Below, piece after piece: positions 8,464 through 18,469 of a DNA stretch of 64,000 bases. The DNA lies in the IMG/VR virus record IMGVR_UViG_2919380674_000001, positions 15,963 through 79,962 of that record. The stretch is one strand, 5' to 3'. Under the pieces are notes generated by a model. The model was not told where the DNA came from. It saw only the letters and a list, made by a program, of their open reading frames with translations, and did not search any database. Both the position numbers and the translations under genes were made by a program. Source of the DNA: a virus. Taxonomy: Duplodnaviria; Caudoviricetes. The number at the start of each line of letters is the position of its first letter. Within the stretch, counting starts at the first letter, position 1.

Positions 8464-10809
8464 ATGACCGATCAAATGGTATTAGCGACACAAAAATGGT
8501 TGAACGAAACCTATCGGAGCAGAACAGGATTCGGCTCGGTTGAAGAGACGGGGAAAACAGGATGGGCAACAATTTACGCGCTCATTCGTGCATTACAGAT
8601 CGAACTAGGGATTACGGCAACCGCGAACAATTTCGGTTCTGGAACACAATCACGTTTCAAGAACCGCTGGCCAAACGGCATTCGCCAGACTGGTAACGAT
8701 GACAAAGTATATGGGATTATTCAAGGAGCTTTGTGGTGTAAAGGCTACCCGGCTGAATACGGTGGAATCACTACCAAGTTCACCGATAATGTGGCAAGCT
8801 CGATTCGACGGATGAAGTCCGATATTGGGCTGTCTGACACGAGCGCCACGGTTGATCTCGAGATGATGATGGCGCTGCTGTCAATGAAACAGTTCCGTCT
8901 ACTTGCAGCTTATGGTGGCAAAACGACTATCCGCACTGCGCAACAAGCCATCAACCGAAATTACAAGAATTACACGGGGATCGTCCCGACCGATGGATTA
9001 TATAGCCGTGAAATGAATAAGGCGCTAATCCAGGTTCTCCAATCCCTACAAGGCTTTACCCCAACGCAGGCTACTGGCAACTTTGGTTCAGGAACACGGT
9101 CTCGGCTTCGTACCATTTCTTCTGGCACAAGCCAATGGGTGTGGCTTGCGAGCGTAGCACTCGTGTGTAACGGCTACCAGATCACTCCAACCGAATCATG
9201 GTCATCCACTCTTACAGCTACGATTCGCAAGTTCCAACAAGACTATGCTCTGCCCGTTACTGGCGTTGTCGATCCAACCACATGGATGAGCCTGCTTACC
9301 TCCAAAGGAGATCCTGACCGTGACTGCGTAGCGTGTGATACGCGCTTCGAAATCACTGAAGAACTTGCTCAGTATCTTAAAGCTGATGGATACCAGATTG
9401 TTGGCCGCTATTTGACTGAGCCAGGAATGGGAGTATTGAAACCAGAAAATTATTTCAAGGCGTTGAGACCAGGCGAGCTCGAACGCATTGTCAAGCATGG
9501 GTTGAAGTACTTCCCGATTTTCCAAGAATACTCAACCAAGCTCACTCATTTCACTGTTGACAACGGACACCGTCACGCGAAAGAAGCACAAGATGCTGCT
9601 CAACGCCTTGGCGTGCCACCAACAATCATTTACTTCGCTGTCGACTACGATGCCACAGACCCTGAAGTGACCAGCCACATCCTTCCGTACTTCGAAGCAG
9701 TCGCTCAAAGCCTGGGCGGAGGATACCGAGTAGGGATCTATGCCTCACGAAACATCTGCACCCGCGTATCACAAGCAGGCTACGCAGCAGCGTCCTTTGT
9801 TTCAGACATGTCCACAGGCTTTTCAGGAAACCTAGGATTCCCGATTCCTGAAAACTGGGTATTCGACCAATTCCACGAAATCAGCGGATACCGAGGAAAA
9901 TGGGACCTCGATCGCGTCGCATACTCGCGAGCAGCCACTGTATGCTCGACTGTTGAACGCAATTATGCGGCTTCTGATCCGCTACTGAATTGGGTTAAAG
10001 AGACAGAAAGTCAATGTCTCGCAGCAATGAGTGGATTTATGAATCCCGCTGCACCATACAAAGGATTTGTAGGAGAATTTATTCTCGAATGGTTGCGTAA
10101 GCCAGAATATTGGTCGCAAGGACAATTTGCTCCAATCTTGTGGAAGACGTACACCCCTGAGATTGCACTACCTGCAGAATTGGTTTCAGCGCGTCTAGTT
10201 TGTGCTGAGGTATGCGGCAAACAGCCAACGATTAAAGGAACTTTGTCAGAACGAGATATCGCCCACATGGCCGCAACGACTTTAGGATATTTGACGTGGG
10301 GAGCTGATTATCCTGTTGACGAATATGGTCTTGGCGATCTTGGCGGATGGCCTTTAGACTTGCTCCAGATATGGGGTCAGTACCAAAATAATGCAAAGTC
10401 TGTCGACCTGTATTCATGGGTTAGTTCCCATCTTGGAAGCCCGCGTGATGGGCAGGGCTTTGGGTACGCTGATGTTCTTGCTGATGCGGACGCATGGTTG
10501 ATAGCTAGGTATATGAAACAGCACTCTGGAGAGCATAGTCTTTCGCAAGCAATGGAAGATACATTCAAAGATAGCGAGACAAATCGGATTAAACGCTTCT
10601 ACAAAGAACGATTCGCTGGTAGTGCCGATAACCTAGTTGCAGCTTTCCAGGTAGTCACGGATGGAATTGATGCCATGGGTTTGACGAACATCGTCGGAAC
10701 GCAACAGTTATTGGAGCTCGCTTCTCATGCAAGCTCTCTTCCCAACGCTGGTGAGGCCGAGATTCTAGCGCGAGCGTACGCAGCATTCCTTGCATCACCC
10801 AACCGCTAA
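8464..10809 (+). CDS. Peptidoglycan-binding + DUF1906 glycoside hydrolase-like protein (YbfG/YkuG-like)
   Basis: DQMVLATQKWLN, GKTGWATIYALIRALQIELGI, IVGRYL, IYFAVDYD, VGIYASRNIC, SDMSTGFSGNLGFPIP; GAAGGAGG RBS. Confidence 0.8.
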   Translation: MTDQMVLATQKWLNETYRSRTGFGSVEETGKTGWATIYALIRALQIELGITATANNFGSGTQSRFKNRWPNGIRQTGNDDKVYGIIQGALWCKGYPAEYGGITTKFTDNVASSIRRMKSDIGLSDTSATVDLEMMMALLSMKQFRLLAAYGGKTTIRTAQQAINRNYKNYTGIVPTDGLYSREMNKALIQVLQSLQGFTPTQATGNFGSGTRSRLRTISSGTSQWVWLASVALVCNGYQITPTESWSSTLTATIRKFQQDYALPVTGVVDPTTWMSLLTSKGDPDRDCVACDTRFEITEELAQYLKADGYQIVGRYLTEPGMGVLKPENYFKALRPGELERIVKHGLKYFPIFQEYSTKLTHFTVDNGHRHAKEAQDAAQRLGVPPTIIYFAVDYDATDPEVTSHILPYFEAVAQSLGGGYRVGIYASRNICTRVSQAGYAAASFVSDMSTGFSGNLGFPIPENWVFDQFHEISGYRGKWDLDRVAYSRAATVCSTVERNYAASDPLLNWVKETESQCLAAMSGFMNPAAPYKGFVGEFILEWLRKPEYWSQGQFAPILWKTYTPEIALPAELVSARLVCAEVCGKQPTIKGTLSERDIAHMAATTLGYLTWGADYPVDEYGLGDLGGWPLDLLQIWGQYQNNAKSVDLYSWVSSHLGSPRDGQGFGYADVLADADAWLIARYMKQHSGEHSLSQAMEDTFKDSETNRIKRFYKERFAGSADNLVAAFQVVTDGIDAMGLTNIVGTQQLLELASHASSLPNAGEAEILARAYAAFLASPNR

Positions 10810-10818
10810 CAGTCCGAT

Positions 10819-10856
10819 GCTTGCCCAGGTAAAACACGCTGATTATCTGGGCAAGC
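10819..10856. terminator. Hairpin between convergent genes
   Basis: GCTTGCCCAG / CTGGGCAAGC arms. Confidence 0.6.
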
Positions 10857-10867
10857 TACCCGACTTT

Positions 10868-11323
10868 TCACGAGCTGAAATATATGAGTCCGTAGACAAA
10901 GTAACCCCACGATGACAAGACGAGCACTGAACACGTCACACACCAGACGATGACCTTCTGAATGATTTTTCGAGTATTACAGTTTACAAGTGTTTCTGTA
11001 TCTTCTTTGCGAAGGATCTCAACAAATCGGATTATTCGGTTCGCAATCCACGACAGGTATCCACAAGCTATCGAAAAAACAAGATATTTTGAGGCGAGAA
11101 CTGTGTAAGTCCAAGATCCTTCACTAAATGGCGAAACAGCCTCAATACTTGGAGCTCCCGAAAGAAATGCTATAACCGCATCATCATTAACATACAGGAA
11201 AGTGACTGGAGCGAAGAAGGCGAGACCAACCCACCATAGTCCTCGACGAACGCGATAAAGCCTCACTAAAATGTGATCCTCATGAATGGAAGATTCCCCA
11301 CTGTGGTGACGCATCGGCGGCAT
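10868..11323 (-). CDS. Membrane protein (3 predicted TM segments), moron
   Basis: GGAGG RBS before ATG 11323; hydrophobic segments; lower GC. Confidence 0.6.
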   Translation of the reverse strand: MPPMRHHSGESSIHEDHILVRLYRVRRGLWWVGLAFFAPVTFLYVNDDAVIAFLSGAPSIEAVSPFSEGSWTYTVLASKYLVFSIACGYLSWIANRIIRFVEILRKEDTETLVNCNTRKIIQKVIVWCVTCSVLVLSSWGYFVYGLIYFSS

Positions 11324-11663
11324 TTCCTCCAAACTAAATTCTAGTTTTGAAATCACATAACTATATTCATACAACACGTTCGCAACTCTTGCGCGTTTCG
11401 TCAAGAGTGGCGACACTGAGATTGACCTTGCTGCAAAGCGATCCGATGTAACTTCTGCCGATTTCATTGAACCAGTGTCAGATACTCAAGCGAAATATCG
11501 CAGACCTCTTAGCTACCGCTGACGAATCATCTATGTAAGACAAACGCGGCAAGAGGTGCTGCAAAAAAGGATAGGCGGGGCAACGAGAGGCGTCTGCGGT
11601 ATCGGATGTGCCCTAACAAAACAATTCTACTCACGGTCGGCAAATACAACATTATGCCTAACC

Positions 11664-11988
11664 TCATGCTGGAAATGGCAAAAACATAGACAGGTTATAC
11701 CTGCGCATAAACAACCCGACTGTTATGAAAACTGTGATGAGAACAAGCAGGAAAACTATCGCTAGGGCAAACAGCTATCCCGCTTTTGAGGAGTAAACCA
11801 ATCAATATTGTCAGCGAACTCAGTTCAAGTAGAGAGACCAGAAAGTCACCTGCTTCATTCACCCTACTGACAAAGTGAAATAGTATAAAAGCGAATAACT
11901 GAGATGATCCTATAAAAGCGCAACATTTGAGGATAGCGACACATGTTTGCGGTAATGAATGCGGCTGCTTAACAGCGTACTCCTTCAT
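11664..11988 (-). pseudogene. Small membrane protein, apparently frameshifted
   Basis: GGAGG RBS then MKEYAVKQ...; the hydrophobic continuation LFALAIVFLLVLITVF lies in another frame. Confidence 0.35.
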
Positions 11989-12054
11989 TTTTTTACCTCC
12001 GTGCCCTTCACACAATGCTACCTGCCCATCCCATAATTTATCTGGAGAAAATTC

Positions 12055-12627
12055 ATGGCAAAAGACGGCACTAACCGGGGCGGTCGCCGCGTCCGTGCGG
12101 GAGCAAAGCCTGACCCGTTGAATGAGAAGCTTAGCTCTGGTCGCCCAGCAACCCGCCTTGAGGATCCGCTGGGTGAGCCTTTTGATTTTGAGGGCGGCGA
12201 TATTGGGGATGGTGCGGTGCTTGCTGGCGAGACGATGCCCGAACCCTCCGACTACCTCTCTGACATTCAGCGTGATGGTAAACCACTCGGTGCTGACCTT
12301 GTCTACCGGGAAACGTGGCAGTGGCTTGATGCTCGTGGTTGTTCCCAGTTCGTCGCACCGCGCCTGATCGAATCCTATGCGCAGGCATTCGCCCGGTATG
12401 TGCAGTGTGAGCAGGCGATCTCGAAATTCGGTCTGCTTGGTAAGCATCCGACGACGGGTGCTGCGATAGCGTCCCCGTTCGTCGCGATGTCACAGAGTTT
12501 TGGTAAGCAGGCGAACGTGTATTGGTATGAGATTTACGAGATTGTTCGTGCTACTTGTACCAGTGATTATTCGGGTGTGGCTCCTGGTGATGAGGTGATG
12601 GAGCAGTTGCTTAAAGCCCGCTCGTAA
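12055..12627 (+). CDS. terS: Terminase small subunit (P27 family)
   Basis: MAKDGTNRGGRRVRAGAKP, KHPTTGAAIASPFVAMSQ. Confidence 0.85.
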   Translation: MAKDGTNRGGRRVRAGAKPDPLNEKLSSGRPATRLEDPLGEPFDFEGGDIGDGAVLAGETMPEPSDYLSDIQRDGKPLGADLVYRETWQWLDARGCSQFVAPRLIESYAQAFARYVQCEQAISKFGLLGKHPTTGAAIASPFVAMSQSFGKQANVYWYEIYEIVRATCTSDYSGVAPGDEVMEQLLKARS

Positions 12628-12632
12628 CCGTC

Positions 12633-12773
12633 TTATTTTTCGTCGTCTTCGTCTTTATTGAAGATGATCTCGTAGATCAGGCCGATAAGGAAGCCAATAC
12701 CTACACATAGAGCGATGTTGTCCAAAAGGACACCAATCGCAGTTCCCATAATCAGGCCAATCCCGATCCCCAT
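12633..12773 (-). CDS. 46-aa glycine-rich membrane peptide, antisense moron
   Basis: GGAGGAG RBS; MGIGIGLIMGTAIGVLLDNIALCVGIGFLIG glycine-zipper pattern. Confidence 0.55.
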   Translation of the reverse strand: MGIGIGLIMGTAIGVLLDNIALCVGIGFLIGLIYEIIFNKDEDDEK

Positions 12774-12855
12774 TGATTCTCCTCCCCGTATTGACGCCGC
12801 TACGTCATCTAGTATCTCCCAAATATTTGTCCGCCCATGGAAAGTGAGTGTGTGT

Positions 12856-14046
12856 ATGTCTATCACGAAGAGTGCTGAGGCTGTGTGTATTGGCCATCCC
12901 GATAAGCTCTGCGACAGAATCGCTGACACGATCCTTGACGATATTCTCTACGAAGACCCCGCCGCCCGCGTCGCTGTCGAGGTCATGGCATCTGGCCACA
13001 AGATTATCGTGACCGGTGAGATCACAACGAAGGTACGTCCGCGTATTCGTGAATCGGTGCGCTACGCGTTGGTGGAGGCTGGTTATGTGCCGTGGAAGTT
13101 CCTTGTCTTCGTTTTCACTCGCCGCCAGTCCCCAGACATCAACGCAGGAGTCACCCGATCGCTCGAGGCGCGCTTTGGTGATGATACCGAGTTCGCGTTG
13201 CAGGGTGCTGGCGATCAAGGAACGGTTTACGGTTACGCCACTGCTGAGACTCCTGAGCGTTTACCGTTGCCGCTTGTTTTGTCGCATGAGATTTGTCGCC
13301 GTCTTGATAATGCTCGTAAGGATGGCACTATTACTGGTATTAAGTCTGATGGTAAGGCGCAGGTGACAGTTCGTTATGACGACGCTGGTAGGCCAGTTGC
13401 AATCGAGACCGTTGTGGTGTCGATCCAACACGATAAAACCAAGGATCTGGATGAGCTCGCGGCTGAGGTGAAAACCCTGATCGTCGCACCTGCCTGTAAG
13501 CCGTACCTGCCGGTCAGCGCTGACACCGAGATTCTGGTGAATCCGTCGGGTGTGTTTACGGTGGGTGGGCCGAAAGCCGACACTGGCCTAACGGGTCGCA
13601 AGCTCATGGTTGATACTTATGGTGGGCTTGCCCCACATGGTGGTGGGGCGTTCTCGGGTAAGGATGCTTCGAAGGTTGACCGGTCGGCTGCATATATGGC
13701 GCGCCTGATCGCTAAAACCATCGTCGATGCAGGTCTTGCTCGCGAGTGTCAGGTGAGTATTAGTTTTGCGATTGGGAAGGCTGACCCGGTTGCTTTCAGT
13801 GTTGACACTCTCGGCACGGGTGAGTACTCCGACGAGATACTCACGGCTGCAGCTTCCGAGGTGTTCTCGTTGCGTCCTGGTGGGATTATTGATGTTTTGA
13901 ATCTTCGTAGACCTTGTTATGTCAGGTGTTCAAGTTATGGGCATTTCGGTCGTGTTGGTTTGCCTTGGGAGAACTCGTTTGTTTATGTTGACGTGCTAGT
14001 AAAGGCGGTGAAGAAGCATGCTCATGAAAACGATGCCAATCGCTGA
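12856..14046 (+). CDS. metK: S-adenosylmethionine synthetase (phage-borne)
   Basis: GHPDKLCD, GAGDQG, DGKAQVT, DTGLTGRK, HGGGAFSGKD. Confidence 0.95.
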   Translation: MSITKSAEAVCIGHPDKLCDRIADTILDDILYEDPAARVAVEVMASGHKIIVTGEITTKVRPRIRESVRYALVEAGYVPWKFLVFVFTRRQSPDINAGVTRSLEARFGDDTEFALQGAGDQGTVYGYATAETPERLPLPLVLSHEICRRLDNARKDGTITGIKSDGKAQVTVRYDDAGRPVAIETVVVSIQHDKTKDLDELAAEVKTLIVAPACKPYLPVSADTEILVNPSGVFTVGGPKADTGLTGRKLMVDTYGGLAPHGGGAFSGKDASKVDRSAAYMARLIAKTIVDAGLARECQVSISFAIGKADPVAFSVDTLGTGEYSDEILTAAASEVFSLRPGGIIDVLNLRRPCYVRCSSYGHFGRVGLPWENSFVYVDVLVKAVKKHAHENDANR

Positions 14047-15268
14047 ACTCACACCTGCTGACTACAATCCGCGTAAGGATCTCCAGCCAGGGGATCCCGA
14101 GTATGAGAAGCTCAAGCGGTCATTGTCCGAGTTTGGTTACGTCGAGCCTGTCATCTGGAACCAAACGACTGGCAACATTGTTGGTGGTCATCAGCGTTTG
14201 AAGGTCCTTGAAGATCTCGGCCACGAGCATGTCGAGGTGATTGTTGTTGAGCTCGATTCGACGCGCGAGAAAGCACTCAATATCGCGTTGAATAAGATTA
14301 GTGGCGAGTGGGACAATGACAAACTCGCACTCTTGATTGCTGATCTTGACGCGAGTGATTTTGATGCTGAGCTCACCGGTTTTGATGAGGCTGAGATTGC
14401 GCAGTTGATTGGTTCGCTCGATGAGGGCGAAGTCGAGGATGACGGTTTCGATCTCACCGCTGCACTTGAAGCGGCTGCGTTCGTGGAGCGTGGGGATGTG
14501 TGGACGGTTGGTCGCCACCGCCTCGTGTGTGGCGACGCCGCCTCGCAAGCGGATGTTGAGCTGTTGATGGATGGCAAGAAAGCCAATCTTGTGTTGACCG
14601 ATCCGCCGTACAATGTCGCCTTCGAATCAGGGTCGGGTTTGTCGATTAAGAACGACAAGATGGATGGCGATAAGTTCTATGACTTCTTGCTATCGGCGTT
14701 TACGAATATGGCTGGGGTGTGTGAGAAAGGCGCGTCCGCTTATGTTTTCCATGCCGACACTGAAGGCTTGAACTTCCGTCGCGCCTTCGCCGAGGCCGGA
14801 TTCTATCTTTCGGGGTGTTGTATCTGGGTTAAAGATTCCCTCGTCCTGGGCCGATCCCCGTATCAGTGGCAGCACGAGCCTGTTCTGTTTGGCTGGGTGA
14901 AGACGGGTAAACACCGGTGGTATACGGATCGCAAGCAGACCACGGTGTGGAATTTTGCTAAGCCACGCAAGAATGCCGATCACCCAACCAGCAAGCCACT
15001 GGATTTGTTGGCGTATCCGATTGGGAACTCGACCCAGGTCAACGCGATAGTGCTCGATATCTTCGCTGGCTCAGGTTCCACGCTCATGGCGTGTGAGGCT
15101 ACCGACCGCATCTGTTATGCGATGGAGCTCGACGAGAAATACGCCTCCGTGATTTTGCGCCGGTATGCCGAACATACAGGGGACGCGGCAGGAATTACCT
15201 GCCTTAGGGGTGGCAGAGAATACGCGTATTTGGATTTGATGCGCGATGTTGATCGGGGTGAATCGTGA
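14018..15268 (+). CDS. ParB-like domain fused to an N6A/N4C DNA methyltransferase
   Basis: YNPR, VGGHQR, TDPPYN, HPTSKP, FAGSGST. Confidence 0.9.
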   Translation: MLMKTMPIAELTPADYNPRKDLQPGDPEYEKLKRSLSEFGYVEPVIWNQTTGNIVGGHQRLKVLEDLGHEHVEVIVVELDSTREKALNIALNKISGEWDNDKLALLIADLDASDFDAELTGFDEAEIAQLIGSLDEGEVEDDGFDLTAALEAAAFVERGDVWTVGRHRLVCGDAASQADVELLMDGKKANLVLTDPPYNVAFESGSGLSIKNDKMDGDKFYDFLLSAFTNMAGVCEKGASAYVFHADTEGLNFRRAFAEAGFYLSGCCIWVKDSLVLGRSPYQWQHEPVLFGWVKTGKHRWYTDRKQTTVWNFAKPRKNADHPTSKPLDLLAYPIGNSTQVNAIVLDIFAGSGSTLMACEATDRICYAMELDEKYASVILRRYAEHTGDAAGITCLRGGREYAYLDLMRDVDRGES

Positions 15269-16776
15269 GTGCTTTGACGTTGGGGTCCTTGTTTGATGGC
15301 TCGGGCGGTTTCCCTTTAGCTGCCAAAATGGTTGGTATCAAACCGATGTGGGCATCTGAGGTAGACCCCTTCGCTATCCGGGTAACTAGGAAAAATCTGC
15401 CTGAAGTGACCCATGTTGGCGATATTAATTTGTTAGATGGTGGCCGGTTACAACCGGTGGATGTGATCACGTTTGGTTCACCTTGTCAGGATTTATCTAT
15501 CGCAGGTAAAAGGAGCGGGATTGAAGGGTCTCGCTCCTCACTGTTTTACCAAGCTGTGCGAATTATTGAAGAAATGAGGCAAGCAACTCATGGTATCTAC
15601 CCAAGATATGCTGTGTGGGAAAACGTGCCAGGCGCATTCTCCTCAAACCACGGGGCCGACTTCGCCGCGGTCTTGCAAGCGTTTATCGAGGTATCCTGCC
15701 AGCAAACGCCACGCATTCCTGTTCCTGAAACCAGCTGGGCAACCAGCGGATACGTCTTGGCAGATGGGGCATCACTTGCATGGCGAGTGCTCGATGCTCA
15801 ATTTTTCGGAGTGCCCCAACGTCGTCGTCGTATCTTCCTTGTCGCAGATTTTGCAGGACAATCCGCACCCGAGATTCTATTTGAGTCCCGAAGCAGCACA
15901 AGGAATCCTGACGCGAGCAAAGAAGAAAAACAAAACCCTGCCCAAGCAATTAGCCCAAGCACTACAGGCAACCGGTGCGGGGCGTTAACTCTTCGTATGC
16001 GTGCCGGTAAGCCAGGCGGTGGTAAAGGGCCGTTGATTCAGCATGACCTTTCAGGCACATTGGGAACTGGTGCTGACCAAGTCTTATTTGAACCTAGCAT
16101 GCAGGTGATGCTTGATTACCATCCCAATGATTCACGCATTGAAATTGGCGACCAGGTAACAAGTCAAACCTTAACTTCACGAATGGGAACAGGAGGTGGA
16201 AATGTTCCACTCCTACTCGACCAACCTGTATACGGTATAAATTCCGTCCACGACAATCGTAAATATGGTGGTGAATGCGGTTACGAAACCACTGTGGCAA
16301 AAACTCTTGATTTAGCTGGCGGTAATCCCGCATGCAATCAAGGCGGAATGATCATACTCGAACCAGTCTATACTTCTTCGAAATCTGATCATTTCACCAG
16401 GGCAACCACAAATGTTGCTGGTGCACTTTTGGCGAGTGATTCACACCAGCCACCCATTGTTGGTAATACAATGCTTCGCCCACGCAAACTCACACCCCTT
16501 GAATGTTCTCGTCTACAAGGATTCCCAGACTATTGGTGTCAAAACCTTGAAAACCTGACTCCTGAAATCGATGAAATCATTTACTGGGAAAACATTTGGA
16601 AACACTGGAACCAGATACGAGCGGTAAAACCGAAAACTCGCAGTCAAATCACTACTTGGCTGAAAACTGAGCCAACTGATTCAGCACAGTACAAACTGTG
16701 GGGAAATGGGGTGGCATTACCAGTAGTGAAATACGTCCTAAACAGACTACAAAAAACAGCCAAAACAACTGGATAA
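15265..16776 (+). CDS. C5-cytosine DNA methyltransferase
   Basis: LFDGSGG, GSPCQDLS, WENVPG, GVPQRRRR, RLQGFPD, GNGV. Confidence 0.92.
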   Translation: MSALTLGSLFDGSGGFPLAAKMVGIKPMWASEVDPFAIRVTRKNLPEVTHVGDINLLDGGRLQPVDVITFGSPCQDLSIAGKRSGIEGSRSSLFYQAVRIIEEMRQATHGIYPRYAVWENVPGAFSSNHGADFAAVLQAFIEVSCQQTPRIPVPETSWATSGYVLADGASLAWRVLDAQFFGVPQRRRRIFLVADFAGQSAPEILFESRSSTRNPDASKEEKQNPAQAISPSTTGNRCGALTLRMRAGKPGGGKGPLIQHDLSGTLGTGADQVLFEPSMQVMLDYHPNDSRIEIGDQVTSQTLTSRMGTGGGNVPLLLDQPVYGINSVHDNRKYGGECGYETTVAKTLDLAGGNPACNQGGMIILEPVYTSSKSDHFTRATTNVAGALLASDSHQPPIVGNTMLRPRKLTPLECSRLQGFPDYWCQNLENLTPEIDEIIYWENIWKHWNQIRAVKPKTRSQITTWLKTEPTDSAQYKLWGNGVALPVVKYVLNRLQKTAKTTG

Positions 16777-16810
16777 GCACGGCACTCTATGGCTGACGCT
16801 TCTATATTTG

Positions 16811-17890
16811 TCAAGCTGCGAGAGTGACTTGTTTGCGGGTTAGTTCTTTGGTGAGGTGCCGGTAGATTTTGCGTGCGAGGTAACGTTTTATCAGCCGAAT
16901 AGTCTCGCGTTTGGTTTTTCCTTCGGCTAGTCGTTTTTCCATGTAAGCGCGGGTCTGGTCATCGTTTCTCAGGCGTACGAGAGCCACGGTATGTAGAGCG
17001 TTATTGAGTGCTCGGTCTCCGCCTCTGTTGAGCCGGTAGCGTACCTTGTTTCCTGACGATGCTGGTATAGGGCTTGTCCCCGCTAGGGCAGCGAAAGCCG
17101 CTTCGCTTTTGACCCTGCCCACGTGGGAGTAAGAGATAATCATTTGCGCGGCGGTGACAGGGCCTACTCCTGGCATTTCAAGTAGTGTTGGGGCTACTAG
17201 TTCAACGAGCATTGCCAGTTGTGCTTGGTTTTCTGCCAGTTGTGTTCGAGCGTCAATGATGGTTTTGGCTAGGCGTTTTGCTTCTTGTTTGGCAACGAGT
17301 ACGTCGATAGCGTCACCGGGTTGTGCCTCAAGTGCGGCGATTTGGTGGATCTGTTTTACCGACAGTGCTCGTCTGGCATCAATGCCAAGGTCTGTACAGC
17401 GGGTCAGAGCTGTCAACGAGTTGATGTTAACGGTTGTGGCACGTGTGAGCTGTTTCCTAGCAGCAACCAGGATACGCAGAGCCTCACGATAATCTCCTTG
17501 TTTTGGGATAGTCAGCTCGGTTTCATCTTTACCAAGAGTCCTAGCGGCGATCTGAAAGGCGTCAATTACATCGTTTTTAGCGAGTTTCTTACGACCCCTT
17601 ACTAACAGGCGTGGGGCTTCAACCACGCGGTAACCTGCCTGCTCTAAAGCAACACGGAACCTAGTGCCATAGGAGGCTGTGCCTTCCATAGATACTAAAA
17701 CCTCACGTAAATCAGCTCTTGTGTGTTTGGTGATCCATTCTTGCGCGCGGACGTGTCCTTGAGAAGTGTTGGCGAACGTCTGACAGACGATTTCAGCACC
17801 TGTGGCGCACTCTAGGATCGATAACACATGGTTTCTGGCGTGTGTATCGACGCCTACGATGAAACGGTAGAGGTGTGCGACAATTGCCAT
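16811..17890 (-). CDS. IS110 transposase/recombinase (DEDD RuvC + Tnp20)
   Basis: VGVDTHA, MEGTASYG, KNDVIDA, PGVGPVTAA, PASSG, NRGGDRALN. Confidence 0.95.
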   Translation of the reverse strand: MAIVAHLYRFIVGVDTHARNHVLSILECATGAEIVCQTFANTSQGHVRAQEWITKHTRADLREVLVSMEGTASYGTRFRVALEQAGYRVVEAPRLLVRGRKKLAKNDVIDAFQIAARTLGKDETELTIPKQGDYREALRILVAARKQLTRATTVNINSLTALTRCTDLGIDARRALSVKQIHQIAALEAQPGDAIDVLVAKQEAKRLAKTIIDARTQLAENQAQLAMLVELVAPTLLEMPGVGPVTAAQMIISYSHVGRVKSEAAFAALAGTSPIPASSGNKVRYRLNRGGDRALNNALHTVALVRLRNDDQTRAYMEKRLAEGKTKRETIRLIKRYLARKIYRHLTKELTRKQVTLAA

Positions 17891-17989
17891 ATGGATTCAA
17901 CCTCCTCGGTTGTTGAAACGTTGGGTTGTTTCTTACCTTGAGGTCTGATCCGGCATCGCGTTCTTAGAGTCGTGTCTAGGACTTGGTTT

Positions 17990-18215
17990 GCTGGCAATAC
18001 TGTGACGAGTCACGCCAACGAAAACTGGCGGACATGCTTCTAATCAAGCCAATACATACCGGCCGGGTCAGACCACAACCCCGGTAGCGGACATGTCAGC
18101 CAAAAAGCACCAGAAACTTTGCTCCCCCTTACAGGGAGATCAATATCTCTGCGCCGGTATATACACGAGTCACGCCACCAGAGCTATGGTCTAATCCTGC
18201 CAGCCGATCCCAGAC
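17990..18215 (-). ncRNA. Predicted IS110 bridge RNA with target- and donor-binding loops
   Basis: Guide-like segments TGTATATAC (18157-18165), TGGCTG (18097-18102), TAGAAGCAT (18034-18042) and TCACAG (18000-18005) match the target and donor; GGCGTGACTCGT and CATGTCCGC are each present twice; RNA ends approximate. Confidence 0.7.
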
Positions 18216-18274
18216 CAGCCACACCCAAAAGTCTCACAGTATGTACATGACCAAACAAGAGAAGGAGCAAGGTC

Positions 18275-18469
18275 ATGAACAGCTTCGAACGCGACAAGCA
18301 AGCCATCCACGACGGTGACACCATCGAGGTAATGCGCCGCCGCAAGGCCGAGATCACCGCCCTAGAAAACAAGCTGGGACGGGAGAAGAACACCTTCCGC
18401 GCCTCCATCATCGTCCACCAGCTCGAAGCCCGCCGGGCCGAATACGCCGCGCTCGACGCCCTGATCTAA
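18275..18469 (+). CDS. Small phage hypothetical protein
   Basis: AAGGAG RBS; followed by a hairpin with T tract at ~18528-18550. Confidence 0.65.
   Translation: MNSFERDKQAIHDGDTIEVMRRRKAEITALENKLGREKNTFRASIIVHQLEARRAEYAALDALI

Larger units (their letters stand above)
16796..18239 (-). mobile_element. IS110-family element, ~1444 bp
   Basis: No terminal IRs; the - strand end reads TTGACAAATATAGAAGCGTC; removing the element restores CTATGGCTGTATGTACAT; ends are supported by matches to the bridge-RNA donor guides. Confidence 0.85.
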
